A stretch of 64,000 bases of DNA from the human T2T-CHM13v2.0 reference genome, Homo sapiens (GCF_009914755.1 NC_060927.1), one strand, 5' to 3'; positions 40,030 through 54,512 are shown, counted from the stretch's first letter. Notes: generated by a model from the sequence alone, not told the origin. Program-made: numbers and translations.

Positions 40030-40685
40030 CTGCTTCTTCCCTGGGTACCACTTGTTTCCTGTGCTGATCCTGCTATAATGTCACTCAAATCTGGTCATAT
40101 CTCTGCTCAGAACCTGTCAAAGCCTTCCTGTCTCACTCAGGGAAAAGGAACAATTTCTTCTAAGGCCCTCTAAGTCTCCCCACGATCCTTCTCACCTCCC
40201 TGGCTCACCTTCTCTCCCTTTTTTGTCTCCAACTTTATTTCTTCATACTCTCCACCCTCTAGAGAGTATAGATCACACTGCAGACACATTGGCTTCCATA
40301 CTGCTTTTCAAAGCCTAAATTAGAAGAGCTTTTGTTCTTGCTGTTCCATCTGCTGTGAATTTTCTTCCCACATACATCCTCACTATCAAAGCCTCTAATA
40401 AAGTCATCTTGTCAACAAGGCCTTCTCTGATCATTCTACTTGAAATGAAACATTGCCCCAAGAAATTTCAATCCCACTTCCCCTCATTATTTTTGCCAAT
40501 ATTCTAATATACTATATGTTATATTATACTAATTTATTTTGTTCATGGTCTATTTTCCCCCATGAGAATATAAGCTTCATGTGGTCAAAAATTGGAATCT
40601 ATTTTTCTTATTGTGTATTCTCAGCAGCTAGAGAGTGTCTGCACATAATAGGTGCTCAATACATAGTTTGCTGATTAAATAAGTC
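40030..40685 (+). mobile_element. L2 3' fragment
   Basis: Ends 'cacataataggtgctcaatacatagtttgctgattaaat'. Confidence 0.75.
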
Positions 40686-41479
40686 CTCACTGATAAAGTT
40701 GGGGGACTAGATAAGGTCATCTATATAAAATGTCCAGCATTACTTCTTGTCATATAGAAATCTCTTAACTACTGTAAGTATCAGTCATAATTTTCTTTTT
40801 CTATTTGAAGGTCAAATGTAGCTGGTAATGTGTAGAAAACAGAAGGGGGACTTTAAATGTAAGAAACAGGCACATTTTAAAATGTGCTAAATAAATCTCT
40901 AACAGACCTTATGATTTCTCAAAACTATTTAGAAGCTTTGGACTTAACATTACAAAATAACAAATTTCAAATTCGCTCAGATCTCTCTCCATTTAAATTC
41001 TCAAGAGAAAGTAAATAAAGTGACAGATGAAACAAATGTGATGAAAGCCTTACATTCTTGGGTACTTCTCCTTATGTTCAAACTCAATAAAGAGCTGACT
41101 TGTCCCTGGAGCTTTTGCCAACAAATAAACACTTTTCCTTTGCTGATCCCCTTTCTAGCAGGCTCACTAACCAGGTATTATTTAGGGCTCTTTAGTTTCT
41201 TTCTTAAAATTCTGTCCCTCAATTATCTCACTGCTCATGTTTTCAGCTATCACCTGTGCTCAGATTATATCTAATTTTCTCTGATTTTTTTCCTGGTTTC
41301 TTATTCTTTCTTCCCTTGTTGTTTCCACAGTATATCTATATCTAACATCATAACTTTATTAGAAATATGAAACTGCGAGAGTAAAGCCCATTTTATAATC
41401 CCTAATGGTCACTCATAAACTAAAGGTTGGTCATAAAAGAATATATAAATATTATTTTACATGAATATACAGGGAAGTA

Positions 41480-42390
41480 CTTATTCTATTCAATAGGTAC
41501 TTATTGAACATCCACTGGAAGTAAGAAGGATTCAAAGATCGGTACAGAATCAAACATAGCCTCTGTCCTTGGGGACTTAGATCAATTATATGTCCATAAA
41601 AAGACAAGAGGATTTCATCATGACAGACATCATGTTCAGATTTTATATAAAGTTTTATGGAAACATAGAACATGGGCTCCTTGCCTGGCTACATGGATGA
41701 GGTTAAAACAGGCTTTTTTTGGAGACTGTAATTTTTGATATGCCTGTAACTAGTTTTAAAGGATGAACAACCAGTTAAGACAATGAGATGGGAAGGAAAT
41801 AGAAGTCATATCAAGCAGAGAAAATAACATGCACAAAATCTCTTGAAGTATAAGGTACCTCACATATGTACAACATGTAGTGAGAATACAAAGTTTTTGA
41901 AGTTGAAAGTAAGGCAGTGATAAAATAGCACTTCCCTCTTAGGAGTGTCTCCTGGGGAGACATGGAGACCCTTAGAAGCCAACAAGAGAACTAAAGCACT
42001 TAGAACAGTGCCTGCCACCCAGTAAATTTAACTGTTAGCCAAATAATATGAGATTTTATATTCTAGGCTGCAGAACTTGGATTATGAAGAGTGTCCAGAG
42101 TTTTAAATAAGGAAATGACATGATAAGTTTTGCTTTCTTGATAAAATACTATTAAGGCATTTTGAAGAAGTAAGACAGGAGACAGGGAAACTAATGAGGA
42201 AGATACTCCAGTTTCCACTAGGAGATGACAAAGCCTAGGGCAGAAGTAGTAGCAGTGGAGATGAGGGGATGGATTCAACAGCTATTTAAGCTATTGAATG
42301 TGGAAGCTGAGGGAGAGGAAGACAGACCCAAGGTTGATAGATTACATGGCTAGATGAAAGAAAGTACCATCAACTGAACTGAGGAAATTC
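41480..42390 (-). mobile_element. L2 fragments
   Basis: 'tattcaataggtacttattgaacatccact', 'ggaaatgacatgataagttttgc', 'ccatcaactgaactgagg'. Confidence 0.55.
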
Positions 42391-43155
42391 TCCTCAGGAC
42401 ACTGGGGCATTTCCTGTGCATTCTGCACTAAACTTTCTAATACATTGTTCTCAACACTGTGTATGATCGACAAATATGGCTGATTATGACTGAGACTATA
42501 AAACAATATTCCCTAACAAGGTGTATTATGACACATGACATTAATGGATCATGTGCATTAAAAGCGATGAGACCAATGCTCACCCAGTAGAATTAGCATG
42601 GCTTTGGGTACTTAAAGAAAAGGCAGATATTAATTTTCAAAAACAAAAACATACTTCTGACGATGATTTCTGGATTGAGACTGAAAGCAATTTGTTTTGT
42701 GATTCAGAAAATTTTATCTCCAGAGTACTATATACTAACTGTGTCTGTCAGATTCATATTCTTTAATTTTTCTGTGAGATGAATACATGCTTTATAATGG
42801 TAATTTCACATATAGGGGAAGCTACAACAGCAGTATATCATGGCAGCTTCTTAATATGGAGACCAAGGCCTAACTATTCATCTTAGTTCAATAACTATTA
42901 ACTCAACTTTCTTTGCCTTATTTCACATTTACCAGATGCAAAAAGGTGTTTTAGGGAGTGGAGAAAATGATAAAATCATAAGCTCTGTCTTGGATTAGGG
43001 CACAATTAAGCTAGACCAAATAGACAATTACAATAGAGAAAAACCTAACTGTGGCAGCAGTGTGCTTAAGACACAGGGATAGCTTGCTAAATATTTGAGA
43101 ACCAACAGGAAGACAAAACAAATCATTGCAAGATTTTAAAATAAGAGTGAAAAAG

Positions 43156-43586
<431 letters not shown>

Positions 43587-43601
43587 TCAAGAAAGAATTA
43601 G

Positions 43602-43924
43602 GGCCAGGTGCAGTAGCTCACACCTGTAATCCCACCATTTTGGGAGGCCAGTGAGTGAGGATCACTTGAGGTCAGGAGTTCAACACCAGCCTTGCCAGCA
43701 TGGTGAAATCCTGTCTCTACTAAAAATACAAAAATTAGCCAGGCCTGGTGGCATGCCCCTGTAATCCTAGCTACTTGGTAGGCTGAGGCAGGAGAATCAC
43801 TTGAACCGGGAGGCAGGGGCTGCAATGAGCTGAGATTGTGCCACTGCACTCTAGCCTGGGTGACAAAGCAAGACTCTGTCTCAAGAAAAATAAATAAATT
43901 AATTAATTAATAAGTTAAATAAAT
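43602..43924 (+). mobile_element. AluS (Sz-like)
   Basis: 'gatcacttgaggtcaggagtt'; TSD aagaattag (43593-43601, 43925-43933). Confidence 0.93.
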
Positions 43925-44094
43925 AAGAATTAGTATCTTAACTAAGGCAGCAGTGTAGAATATGAAAAGAAGGAGATAATGGCCAAATGCATTTTGGATA
44001 GAACAGAAGAATGTGAAAGTAGTGGCCTATTCAACGAGTCATGATGAAGGCATATGATGCCATCTAGCATCAGCCAGCCAGACAGTCATACATC

Positions 44095-44305
44095 AGTAGA
44101 AGTGGGTTGGCATGATGGGTCAGAGTGTAGGCTTCCTGAATTCACGTGCTGGCACTGCCACTGATTTAGCTGGGTGTCCATGAGAAGGACACTTTACTTC
44201 TCTAGTACCAACTTTATTAAATTATTGTGATGATTTAGTGAGTTAGAATATAAAAATGCTTAGAATAATGTTTGACATATAGGAAGCAAGTGAGAGTTAG
44301 TAATC
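44095..44305 (+). mobile_element. MIR
   Basis: 'ctgccactgatttagctgggtgtccatgagaagg', 'aaaatgcttagaataatgtttgacatatagg'. Confidence 0.6.
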
Positions 44306-44971
44306 ATTATCTTGTTCCAACATTCAGGTACACAGGTTCTGCAGGCATCATGATGCAGTTCTGAGAATTTACAGATCCTATGCATTTTACGTATCCTAAA
44401 TTTGGATGATTTCATGCCAGAAGGCGAGTGGTTACCTAGGGAGAGGCTGGCACTTTGCATGGCTCTGAACAACACAACCTTGCTCCCACTCACCAGAATT
44501 TCTTCCTTCCTTTTAATTAAGGCCTTGCTCAGCATCATTCAGAAAAGTCCCTCCTGTTTAATCTGTGACTCATAGTCCAACCATTTGAACGGTACAAACA
44601 TTTCCTCTGCAGGAAGGAGCAGATGCATTGGTGAAAAACAAGTAGGGGAAAATAAAGCAAGGAGCCTCACAAATGCGGAGGTAGTTGGGACTAAAGAAAT
44701 CACATGTTTTCATAGACATGTTAGCTTGTACAAGTCCCTTATTTTTCATGGCACAATAATCATCGGAGACCTTTGTCTCTAAAAGAAACGAAACCAACCA
44801 CAGTTGCATCAGTTACCATCCCTGGAGTGTTGATCTGCCATTGGAAGAGACACAGGGCAGGAAAGGCTTCTCTCCAGGTAGCAATAAAAGAGTTATCAAC
44901 TCACTCTGGTACTCCTCTGGGACCCAGAAAAAAAAAATCTAAGTCTGGCACCTAGGCTCTTTCCTGAGTGG

Positions 44972-44985
44972 GTTGTCATGGCAAC
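44972..44985. promoter_or_regulatory. RFX X-box-like palindrome
   Basis: GTTGTCATGGCAAC, 13/14 match to GTTGCCATGGCAAC; additional half-site TAGCAAC at 44993-44999. Confidence 0.45.
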
Positions 44986-45911
44986 AGGATATTAGCAACT
45001 GTTTTCAGGATTCTAGGGCCTTGGCAATTCTCATGAGTTTCTCTGCCTCAGCTTCTATGTATGCACGGACATATGGATACTAGAACTGATGCCAGAATTG
45101 AGGAGAGGATTTAAAATTCATGCCAGGATCCCTCTGGGTTACAGAGGACCTCAGCCGACCTCACAGAGTTTAGCTTGCTCTGCACCACTGCTGATACCAT
45201 GACCCATCTGGTTCACTGCCTGCTGGAGCTCAGTTGCTCCAGCTGTAAAATAAGGGGGTTGGAGTCAGCAAGCTCAAAGGTTAATGTCAGCTCCAGAATG
45301 CTTTGAATCTCAGTAGTTTTACAGAATTTTCTTCCAGAGTTCATGGCTGATCTTGATCATGCTGTTTGAGAAACAAAAATCATCTTCATTAGTACTATTC
45401 TAGATAGAATCATTTGCTCTTGATCAAAGGCTTTGTCATAATTCAAATAAAATATTTAACTCATTGTATATGATATACATATTAAAGAAGGCTATATATT
45501 TGTGTGTGTATATATTCACAGAAGCTTTAGTATACAGGCACTTCAATATTCATATATTTTATTCCTTCATTCATGATTTAATTTACTTGATCTATGACTA
45601 TATGGCATGAAATGTTGTATTAACTATAAATACTTGTTTCTTTGTGCCTGGATGTATGGCTTTAACTTAAGTACAAGTTCTGTTCCTCCAAGAATTCAGA
45701 AGAAAGCTGTAATTTTCATGAGTTCAGCTATTGTGCCTGTCTTACACGCTATTGTATCCTCATTACTTTGAATAGCACTTGATAAATGATGGATGATTAA
45801 CAAATATTTGAAGAACGAGTGAATGAATGAATATATGAAAGACATAAATTGGGCCTACTTGAGTTTCTTTATATTATAGCAAAAAGTACCTCTTGATAAA
45901 GAACACATTAA

Positions 45912-46385
45912 ATGTTCCAGTTACCTATAGCATAATAAATAGTCTTAAAACATAGTGGCAAAAACAAAGACAACCAATTCAAAATTTTATGCTCATAGAT
46001 TCTACATATTAGAAATTCAAGAGGGGTACAATGAAGATGGTTCTTCTCCACTTCATAATGTCTGGAGACTTAACTGGGTTGATGAGATCAGCTGACAGTG
46101 ACCAACAGCTGGAGGCTGACAGATTTGTGGCTGAGAGATCTGCTACCACAAGAAGATTGCTGAAAGGTTGAGATCAACTGGAACAATTGACCAGAGCTCT
46201 TAAATGAGGTTTGAATATCTCTCTCAGATGGTGACTGGTTTTTGAGAGGGAACATCTAGAGCACAGGCATTCAAAGAGATCAAGATAGAACCTGCAAGAC
46301 TTCTGTTGACTTAGCATCAGAAGATACAAGAAGTGCTACTTCTGCCATGTTTTACTGGTTGTAACAAATCACTGACACCAATCCT
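45912..46385 (-). mobile_element. Old MLT1 LTR fragment
   Basis: 'tgttccagttacctat...cttaaaacatagtggc', 'tttatgctcatagattct', 'tacttctgccatgttttactgg'. Confidence 0.6.
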
Positions 46386-47205
46386 CCATTTTTGACTTCT
46401 CTGGAACTTAGTCATCAGTTGTTGCCACTTCTACTGCAACAATTCCTACCTTTTATGTTTGATTTTTATCATGTTCTGCTATCTTCTAAAATAATTCTTT
46501 CATCACATCTTTCACCTTACCAATCCATGTTTCAGTGGTGTTCTTTCTGGTAATTATATCATCTATTGAACATTTTATTTTATATACTAAGTATTTGATA
46601 CCAAAATACTTCTAGTTGTATTAATTTAAAACTTCCTAACTTCATATTGCCAATATCTCCCCTTTTAAAATTATATTTGTTGTATTTATTTTAAATAGCC
46701 ATATATTTAAAGTTTTCTTTTTTTGTAAAGTATTTATAAGCTTCAAGTGTCTAGTCATATTGGTCTGGGGTGCCAGTTCTATGATAATGTACAATGTAAT
46801 AGGTCAAAGATCTGGCCTTGGTCCGCATCCTAACTGAGGGCAAGAAATAGGTCCAAGACTCCACAGAATGACTTTGTATGTTCCTCTCTCTGCCACTCTC
46901 AAAGGCAACTCTGTCAGTCAGGAGATCACCTTTAAACTTTTAGAGAAAAATAAAGAATATCATAAAGAGGTATGTTTCATAGTTCTAATCCACCACCCAT
47001 GAGATTTGGAGGAAAGGGACTCAAGTAGTAAATACTAAAGAATTGTTTTCATCAACCCTCATCCTAGCAGTTATTTTGTGCTGCTTTCATATTGACCACT
47101 CAATACCAACAGCATGGCCCTTGCAATTTCTGTGAGAAGTGGTCAAGAAATAGACTCTTAAATGTCTAGCTCCTCAATTGCCTTAAGTCTGCAGACCATT
47201 CCATC

Positions 47206-47279
47206 ACACCACACACGCACACACACACACACACACACACACGCATACATACACTCACACACGTCTACACACACACACA
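47206..47279. repeat. (CA)n imperfect microsatellite
   Basis: Interrupted CA runs. Confidence 0.9.
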
Positions 47280-48222
47280 TAAACCAAGGCATGATAATTG
47301 CCTCACATTTCCCAAAACGTCTCTCATTCCTTTATTTTTCTAATTTCTCCAGGGTTCATTTTGAGGGAGAGGCCAGTAGCTCATGTTAATTTTTTATCTC
47401 ATTAGGAATGGAAAGCTCCTCCAATATTTTTTCTAATGAAATATATTTTCTGAGGTGATCCACATACGGAAGGGATGACAAAATATCCATTTTTTTCTAA
47501 GTGCTCCAATTATACAAGTCTCTCTAATGATATGTTCATAAGACATGCCTATTCAATGAAGCTTTTGCTGGAATTTTACTCCAGATACAACCATCATCAT
47601 TATATTATTATTATTATAAAAGTTATTGTTTATTTGGGATTTTCTATGAGCCATGTTCAATAATAATTACTTTACATGTCTAATCATATGTAATTTAGGG
47701 CATCTAAATAGGTTCCTTAGTAAGGTCATATGCAAAGTTTCAAAGTAGAACAGTCCAAAATGAAATAAAATAAAATAAGAAGCCCAATTCTTTTTTCCAA
47801 TCCCTCAAAGAAAACAAATACAAGCTTCTGGTAGCTACTTTTATTACTTTCTTAGCTCTTGGCATCCCTACATTCTGCAGACTCTCATTCTACACTCTCC
47901 TTCCTTGCCTACTTCTTTTTTCTTTTGTATCTGTTGACTTCATTTCTTTGCTAAGTCCTCCCCATGTTCCTCCTGAGTCTTAGGCTCAATCTCTTTTGGA
48001 TTATACTGCATCACAAAAGGTTTCTCTGGCAGAGACAGATTATACAGAAGGAATCTAAGACTTGAAAGCTGGGTTAGCAATGAAAGCATTCTCTCTGGTA
48101 GACTGGGGTGGGGAGACAACATCTCTGAGCATTTCTTTATTAATATTTTTTCCATCACATATATATGATCTCATTTGTTCTCTCAACAACACTATTAATT
48201 ACATATCATAACTGTATTTTTT

Positions 48223-48533
48223 TCTGTTTTCTTTTTTCTTTTTTTTTGTTTTTGAGATCGAGTCTCACTCTGTCACCCAGGCTGGAGCGCAGTGGTGCAA
48301 TCTTGGCTCACTGAAAACCCCGCCTCCCAGGTTCACGCCATTCTCCTGCCTCAGCCTCCCAAGTAGCTGGGACTACAGGCACCCGCCACCACGGCTGGCT
48401 AATTTTTTGTATTTTTAGTAGAGACGGGGTTTCACCGTGTTAGCCAGGATGGTCTCGATCTCCTGACCTCGTGATCAGCCTGCCTTGGCTCCCAAAGTGC
48501 TGGGATTACAGGCGTGAGCCACCACACTCAGCC
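48223..48533 (-). mobile_element. AluY inserted in a MIR
   Basis: 'gttcacgccattctcc', 'tagccaggatggtctcgatctcc'; 13-bp TSD aactgtatttttt. Confidence 0.95.
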
Positions 48534-50244
48534 AACTGTATTTTTTATGTGAGGTCAGCAAGTATCACCGAGGTAAAATTGCTTGTCCAAAGTTACAGTA
48601 GATGTTCTTGAAAGTAAAGAAGTGAAAATGTACAGCCAGGGTATCTGATGTTGATGCCCACACTTTTAACTATTTACTAAGTTTGCTATACTTCTTCCTA
48701 TTAAGATATATTTCCAAAACAACATCAAAAGTTAGACCTTCATAGGAACTCTCCTCTTCAACTGAAAGAGTTTGGGTCAAGGGAGATAACATATTTAAAA
48801 GAACCTGTCTGAGCATTCTGAGTTTGTTTCTGCTTGCTCAAGTATATCTCCATTCCCAAAGAGTGGCTCACCTGAGGCCATCAGTATAATTTTACATAAT
48901 TATACACATAACCGGTGTAACAGCTATTAGCAACCAATTAGTAATAATTTGGGCAATGCTAGACATTCTCTTGCACTAAATCTTTTATCATGAAATTTTA
49001 AGTGATTAGATTCATAAATAATAAACTACCTACCAGAGATATTCATTATAAAAGACTGTACTTCAAATATGCTGTCACAAGTTCTTTAAATATAAGCAAA
49101 TTATCCAACTGAAGCACCATTCCTCAGAATCCTGTTATGTATATGAACTTATCACCAACTCAGAAAAGCCAGTGATCATCATCTGAAACACAGAACCCAT
49201 TTCCAGCTGTCATGAAGTCTAAAGCAAGGTCTGTCTACTCACTCAAGAGACACTCCAGGGAATATTGACAGTCACCCTACTGCAGAAATTCTGTTGTATT
49301 GGTAAAGTGAAGAATAAAAAGGAAAAATGGTGGGGGAAACTTTTAAGATATGTTGATTTATCTTTATCTGTGGACCAAATCTCTTAACAGCAAAGAAGGA
49401 GCAAAAATTTGGAAAATTGCCTAGATGATGTCTTACCTGCCTCCGTAATCAATTCAAGGCAGTGTATCCTAGAAATAAAGCAGCTGCATTTTTGTTTCCA
49501 ACATGAAATAGAAGGAAAATTGAGACTACTCAATTCAAATGTTTAAGACCTGCAAATCTGTGAAACTTAAAATCAAAATGGCCAGTTCCTTATTCCCCAA
49601 CCCCACAATATTTCAGATAAAAAATAGTTGACTTCCTGATGCTCAAAAAGTAGTTAATGAATTAAAAAATAAACAAACTTTATATTTCTGTTGTGTATTT
49701 GTAGCTTAAAGTGCATTTACTACCATTATGCACTAAAGACGAATGGTAAGAATTAGTGCCATTACTACTTTACAAATAAAAAAGCCAAGGCACACACAAA
49801 ATAGAGTGGAGGAAAAAAAACAAAGATTTTAGAGCAAATTCTAGAGCTAAATTCTAGCTCTATTGCCATATAAGTTTTTAATTTGAGCATTACTCTCCAA
49901 ATTCCATTTGCTTAGCAATCAAATGATAATAAAAATAGTTCTAGACATCTTGAAGTTTAAAGGATCATATGAAAAGTAACAACAGGTATCTAATAAATCT
50001 TCCTTTCCACTACCCCACTGTCTCCTTTTGCTTTGCAAAAAGTATGTATGTTGATCTTGCTTGCTAAGACAATTAGGAAGATGTTTCTTTATACATTTTT
50101 CTCAGTAACTATGTTTGCTGTCAGATATAGCTTCTTAGAATTTTCTCAGCTTGAAAAACATTAGTCTAATGGAAATTGTCAATTAATTTTTACTGTTGAC
50201 CTAATTTTTTCCTATCACTCCTACATTGGAATTCCATCCCACAG

Positions 50245-50472
50245 TGCTTTGCCTAACTGTCTTAGAGTCTAAGGTAAAAGAAATATTCAGTAATGCTGAT
50301 CTTGCCTTTATTTAAAATTTTGATATTTTGTTCATCATCAATTTTTTGCATTCATTTTTTAAAAATACTGCTTTAAAATATTGTTTATCTCAATTCCTAA
50401 GTTTTTTGGCACCCTTTAAAATTTTTCAGACAATGCAAATGCCCCACTTGCTTCATCTCAGTCCAGGCCTTG
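50245..50472. mobile_element. MER96B-like hAT element
   Basis: 'tttatttaaaattttgatattttgttcatcat', 'agttttttggcaccctttaaa', ends 'tcagtccaggccttg'. Confidence 0.7.
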
Positions 50473-51792
50473 CCATTCTGCTTCTATTTTCATATGTTTA
50501 GAACACTTTTTTTTTTTTTTTTTTTTTACCTAGTATGAGGTGAGTCTAAATCTGGCTTAAGCCAATGGAGGATACCAGAATTATCCAAAGAATAGATAAG
50601 GCCCCTACCATCTGGCTTTATAAGGCCCTGGAAATAAAATATCCTGTTTACTTTTTTATGACACCAAAAATATCAAAACACAACAGGAGGCATGTTAAGC
50701 CCAGAGTTTACACTGGGAAGATTTGATTTAGTTTCATTGTTTGCAGATTTTTGTTTGCTTTATTGTCTACTTTCAGTTTTGTTTCTATTTATGTCTTTCT
50801 TTTGGCAGCAAGCAATGGATAATCTCAATTAGTGGTTCAGGAGAGATGAAGATATTCCCTTCCTTTAAAATCTGACATCCGATATTGTTGTACCCTTCAC
50901 TTCCCCAGAGGAAGGACTTACAAGAGCAACAGACCCAGCAGCAGCAGCTCCATTAAATATCTATCCTTACACTTTCTTCAGGGCAGCAAAAATTGAGCTT
51001 CTCAAGGTTGTCCAGAGCTTTAGATATCCCCTCCTTTATTTTCCCAAAAGCATGCAAGTTTAGTAAAGAGGAACTTAGGTGCCACTGCAGGAGCTGGGTC
51101 CTACTGCTCTAGGCCCAGCTTAGCTCAGCTGGAGTCAGAGCAAGATGTATCTATGGCTGGTTTGCAGAAGGTCACTGCATTGGTTACCTTGCTGACAAAA
51201 AATAAATCCTAGACTTAACACTGATAAGAAACATCATTTTGGCAGAAGCTTTAAAAAGAGAAATATTTAAAATTGACTATGTAGGAAAAAAATAAACAAT
51301 GTGACTAACAAGAATAATTTAGGACTTCCAAAAATATAGTCTACATACGAATTAACAATAATTAATTTTCATTACCTGCTTACAAGGAAACTGATGTTGT
51401 TTCTAGCTCTTTTGTTATATTGAACTTTTGCAACAACTTTTTAAGATAGTCACTATTTTAAAACTTGCTGAAGGTCACTCTGCTAGGCCATGAGCTCTAG
51501 CTACTATAATATATGCTTCTCAAGTAATCAAGAAAAACCAGCTTTAGGAAAATGCAAGTGAGAATTATTTGCCCAGAATTCTGGTTAATGGGTGCTACAT
51601 GTATGTGTGTTTATGTATGTACATATACTTAAGGAGCTATCTGTGGAAGGTAAGGAGTTCCAAGGTCAAGATGTTTGGAGGACACATGTCAAAAAAAGTT
51701 AAACAGATTTTTATTGCAAACATTATCAGTGTCATGAATAGGCTGAGGTGAACAGTGACTCTCCAAGGGAAGAGTTTTAATGGTAGGGTTTA

Positions 51793-54512
51793 TATAGTAG
51801 TCCATTTTCACGTTGCTATAAAGAAGTGCCTGATCCTGGGTAATTTATAAAAGAAAGAAGTTTAATTGACTCACAGTTCTGCATGGCTTGGGAGGCCTCA
51901 GGAAATTTACAATCATGGTGGAAAAGGAAGTAAACACATCCTTCTTCACACGGCAGCAAAGAGGGGAAAAGTCCCTTATAAAACCACCAGATCTTGTGAG
52001 GACTCACTCATTATCATGAGAACAGCAGCATGGGGGTAACTGCACCCATGATTTAATTACCTCCCACTAGGTCCCTCCCATGACAGGTGCGGATTATGGG
52101 AACTAAAATTCCAGATGAGATTTGGGTGGTAACACAGTCAAACCATATCGTTCTGTCCCTGACCCCTCCCATATCTCATGTACTCACTTTTTAAAACACA
52201 ATCATGCCTTTCCAACGGTCCCCCAAATTCTTAACTCATTCCAACACTAACTCAAAACTCCAAGTTCCAAGCCTCATCTGAGACAGGGCAAGTCCCTTCT
52301 GCCTATGAGCCTGTAAAATCAAAACCAAGTTAATTACTGCCTAGATACAACGGGGGTAGAGGAATTGGGTAAATAAACCCATCACAAATGGGAGAAATTG
52401 TCCAAAAATGGGGCTACAGGCCCCATGCAAGTTTGAAATCCAATAGGGCAATTATTAAACCTTAAAGTTCCAAAATGATCTCCTTCGACTCCATATCTCA
52501 CATCCTAGTACACTGATGCAAGAGTGGGCTCCCAAGGCCTGGGGCAGCTCCAGTCCTGTTGTTTTGCAGGGTACAGCCCTCTTCCTGGCTGCTTTCACAG
52601 GCTGGCATTGAGTGTTAGCAGCTTTTCCAGGCATGTGGTGCAAGCTGTCAATGGACCTACCAGTCTGGGATCTGAAAGATGGCAACCCTTTTTTCACAAC
52701 TCCACTAGGCCATGCCCCAGTGCAGACTCTGTGTAAGGGCTCCAACCTCAGATTTCCCTTCTCCACTCCCCCATCAGAGGTTCTCCATGAGGGCTGTGCA
52801 TCTGCAGCACACCTCTGCCTGGACATCCAGGAGTTTCCATACATCCTCTGAAATCTAGGCAGAGGCTCCCAAACCTCAATTCTTGACTTTTGTGCACCTG
52901 CAGGCTCAACACCACGTGGAAGTTGCCAAGGCTTGATGCTTACACCTTTTGAAGCCACGGCCTGAGCTGTACTTAGGCCCCTTTTAGCCATGGCTGGAGT
53001 TGCTAAGCACAAAGCACTAAGTCCCTAGGCTGCACACAGCAGGGAGCCCCTGGACCTGGTCCTGGAAACCATTTTTCCCTCCTAGGCCTCCGGGCCTGTG
53101 ATGGGAGGGGCTGCCATGAAGGTCTCTGAGATGTCCTGGAGATATTTTCCCCATTGTCTTGTCGATTAGCATTTGGCTCCTTGTTCCTTATGCAAATTTC
53201 TGCAGCATGTTTGAATTCCTCTCCAGAAAATGGGATTTTATTTTCTACTGCATTGTCAGGCTGCAAATTTTCAAAACTTTTATGCTGTGTCACTTCTTAA
53301 ATGCTTTGCTTCTTAGAAATTTCTTTTGCCAGATACTAAATCATCTCTCAAGTTCAAAGTTTCACAGATCTCTAGGGCAGGGGCAAAAAGCTGCCAGTCT
53401 TTTTGCTAAAGCATAGCAAGAGTGACCTTTACATTAGTTCCCAATGAGTTCCTCATCTCCATCTGAGCCCATCTCAGCCTGGACTTCATTGTCCATAACA
53501 CTATCAGCATTTTGGTCAAAGCCATACAACAAGTCTCTGGGAAGTTCTGGTAGAGGCAGGGGGCAGACAAGGAAGGGTCCCCAGAGAATCTCTGACCTGC
53601 CCCACAAGTGTTTATACCAGATGATTTTGTGCAGCTAAAGGAACCTGCACAGGGGGCTTGCCTGGGCATCCCCACAATTAACTGGAGGCCCACATGCACT
53701 GTGGGAATGGGGTGGGGCCACCAGGAATCCATGTCTTATGCAGGAGAAGAGCTTGGCCTCCTCAGCTCCTCAGCTTGGCCTCCTGAGCTCAGCTCAGCTC
53801 AGTGTGGTAGCCTGGTATTCAATCTGTGAGGTGGGAGTTGGCTGGCAGGAACCCTCTCTTTGCTAAGAGCTCCCCTTTCACTTAATGAATTTCACCCTTC
53901 TCACCCTGCAACGTGTTCTCATGCCTAATTTTTCCTGGTTGTGAGACAAGAACCCAGATTTAGTTGAACTAAGAAGCAAAAAATCCTGCATCAGTTCCAA
54001 ACTTTCCCACATTTTCCTGCCTTTTTCTGAGCCCTCCAAACCGTTCCAACCTCTGCCTGTGACCCAGTTACAAAGTTGCTTCCACATTTTCAGGTATCCT
54101 TGTAGCAGCACTCCACTTTCTGTGGTGCCAATTTACTGTATTAGCCCATTTTCATGCTGGAATAAAGAACTGCCTAAGAGTGGGCAATTTATAAAGGAAA
54201 TAGATTTAATTAACTCATAGTTCTCCATGGCTGGGGAGGCCTCAGAAAACTTGCAATCATGGAAGAAGGGGAAGCAAACATGTCCTTCTTCACATGGCAG
54301 CAGGAGAGAGAAGTACCAATCAAAGAGGGAAAAGCCCCTTATAAAATCATTAGATCTCATGAGAACTCACTCACTATCATGAGAAGAGCAGCATGGGGGT
54401 AACTGCCCCCATGATTTAATTACCTCCCACTGGGTCAATCCCATAACACATGGGGATTATGGGAACTACGATTCAAGATGAGATTTGGGTGGGGACACAC
54501 TAAATCATATCA
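51793..54512 (-). mobile_element. Full-length THE1C-like MaLR provirus (LTR-int-LTR)
   Basis: LTRs 51793-52150 and 54137-54512; THE1 internal sequence between; perfect 5-bp TSD gttta (51788-51792, 54513-54517); ORF 52455..53012(-) is a remnant of the internal ORF. Confidence 0.95.
53548..53993 (+). mobile_element. ERV1 solo LTR (MER48-like) nested in THE1-int
   Basis: TG...CA ends; 4-bp TSD gttc (ERV1-type); 3' end 'gagacaagaacccagatttagttgaactaagaagcaaaaaatcctgcatca'. Confidence 0.85.

Noticed and set aside
52455-53012. Longest ORF (185 aa, - strand)
   Set aside because: Lies wholly within THE1 internal sequence; a decayed MaLR ORF remnant, not a host gene.
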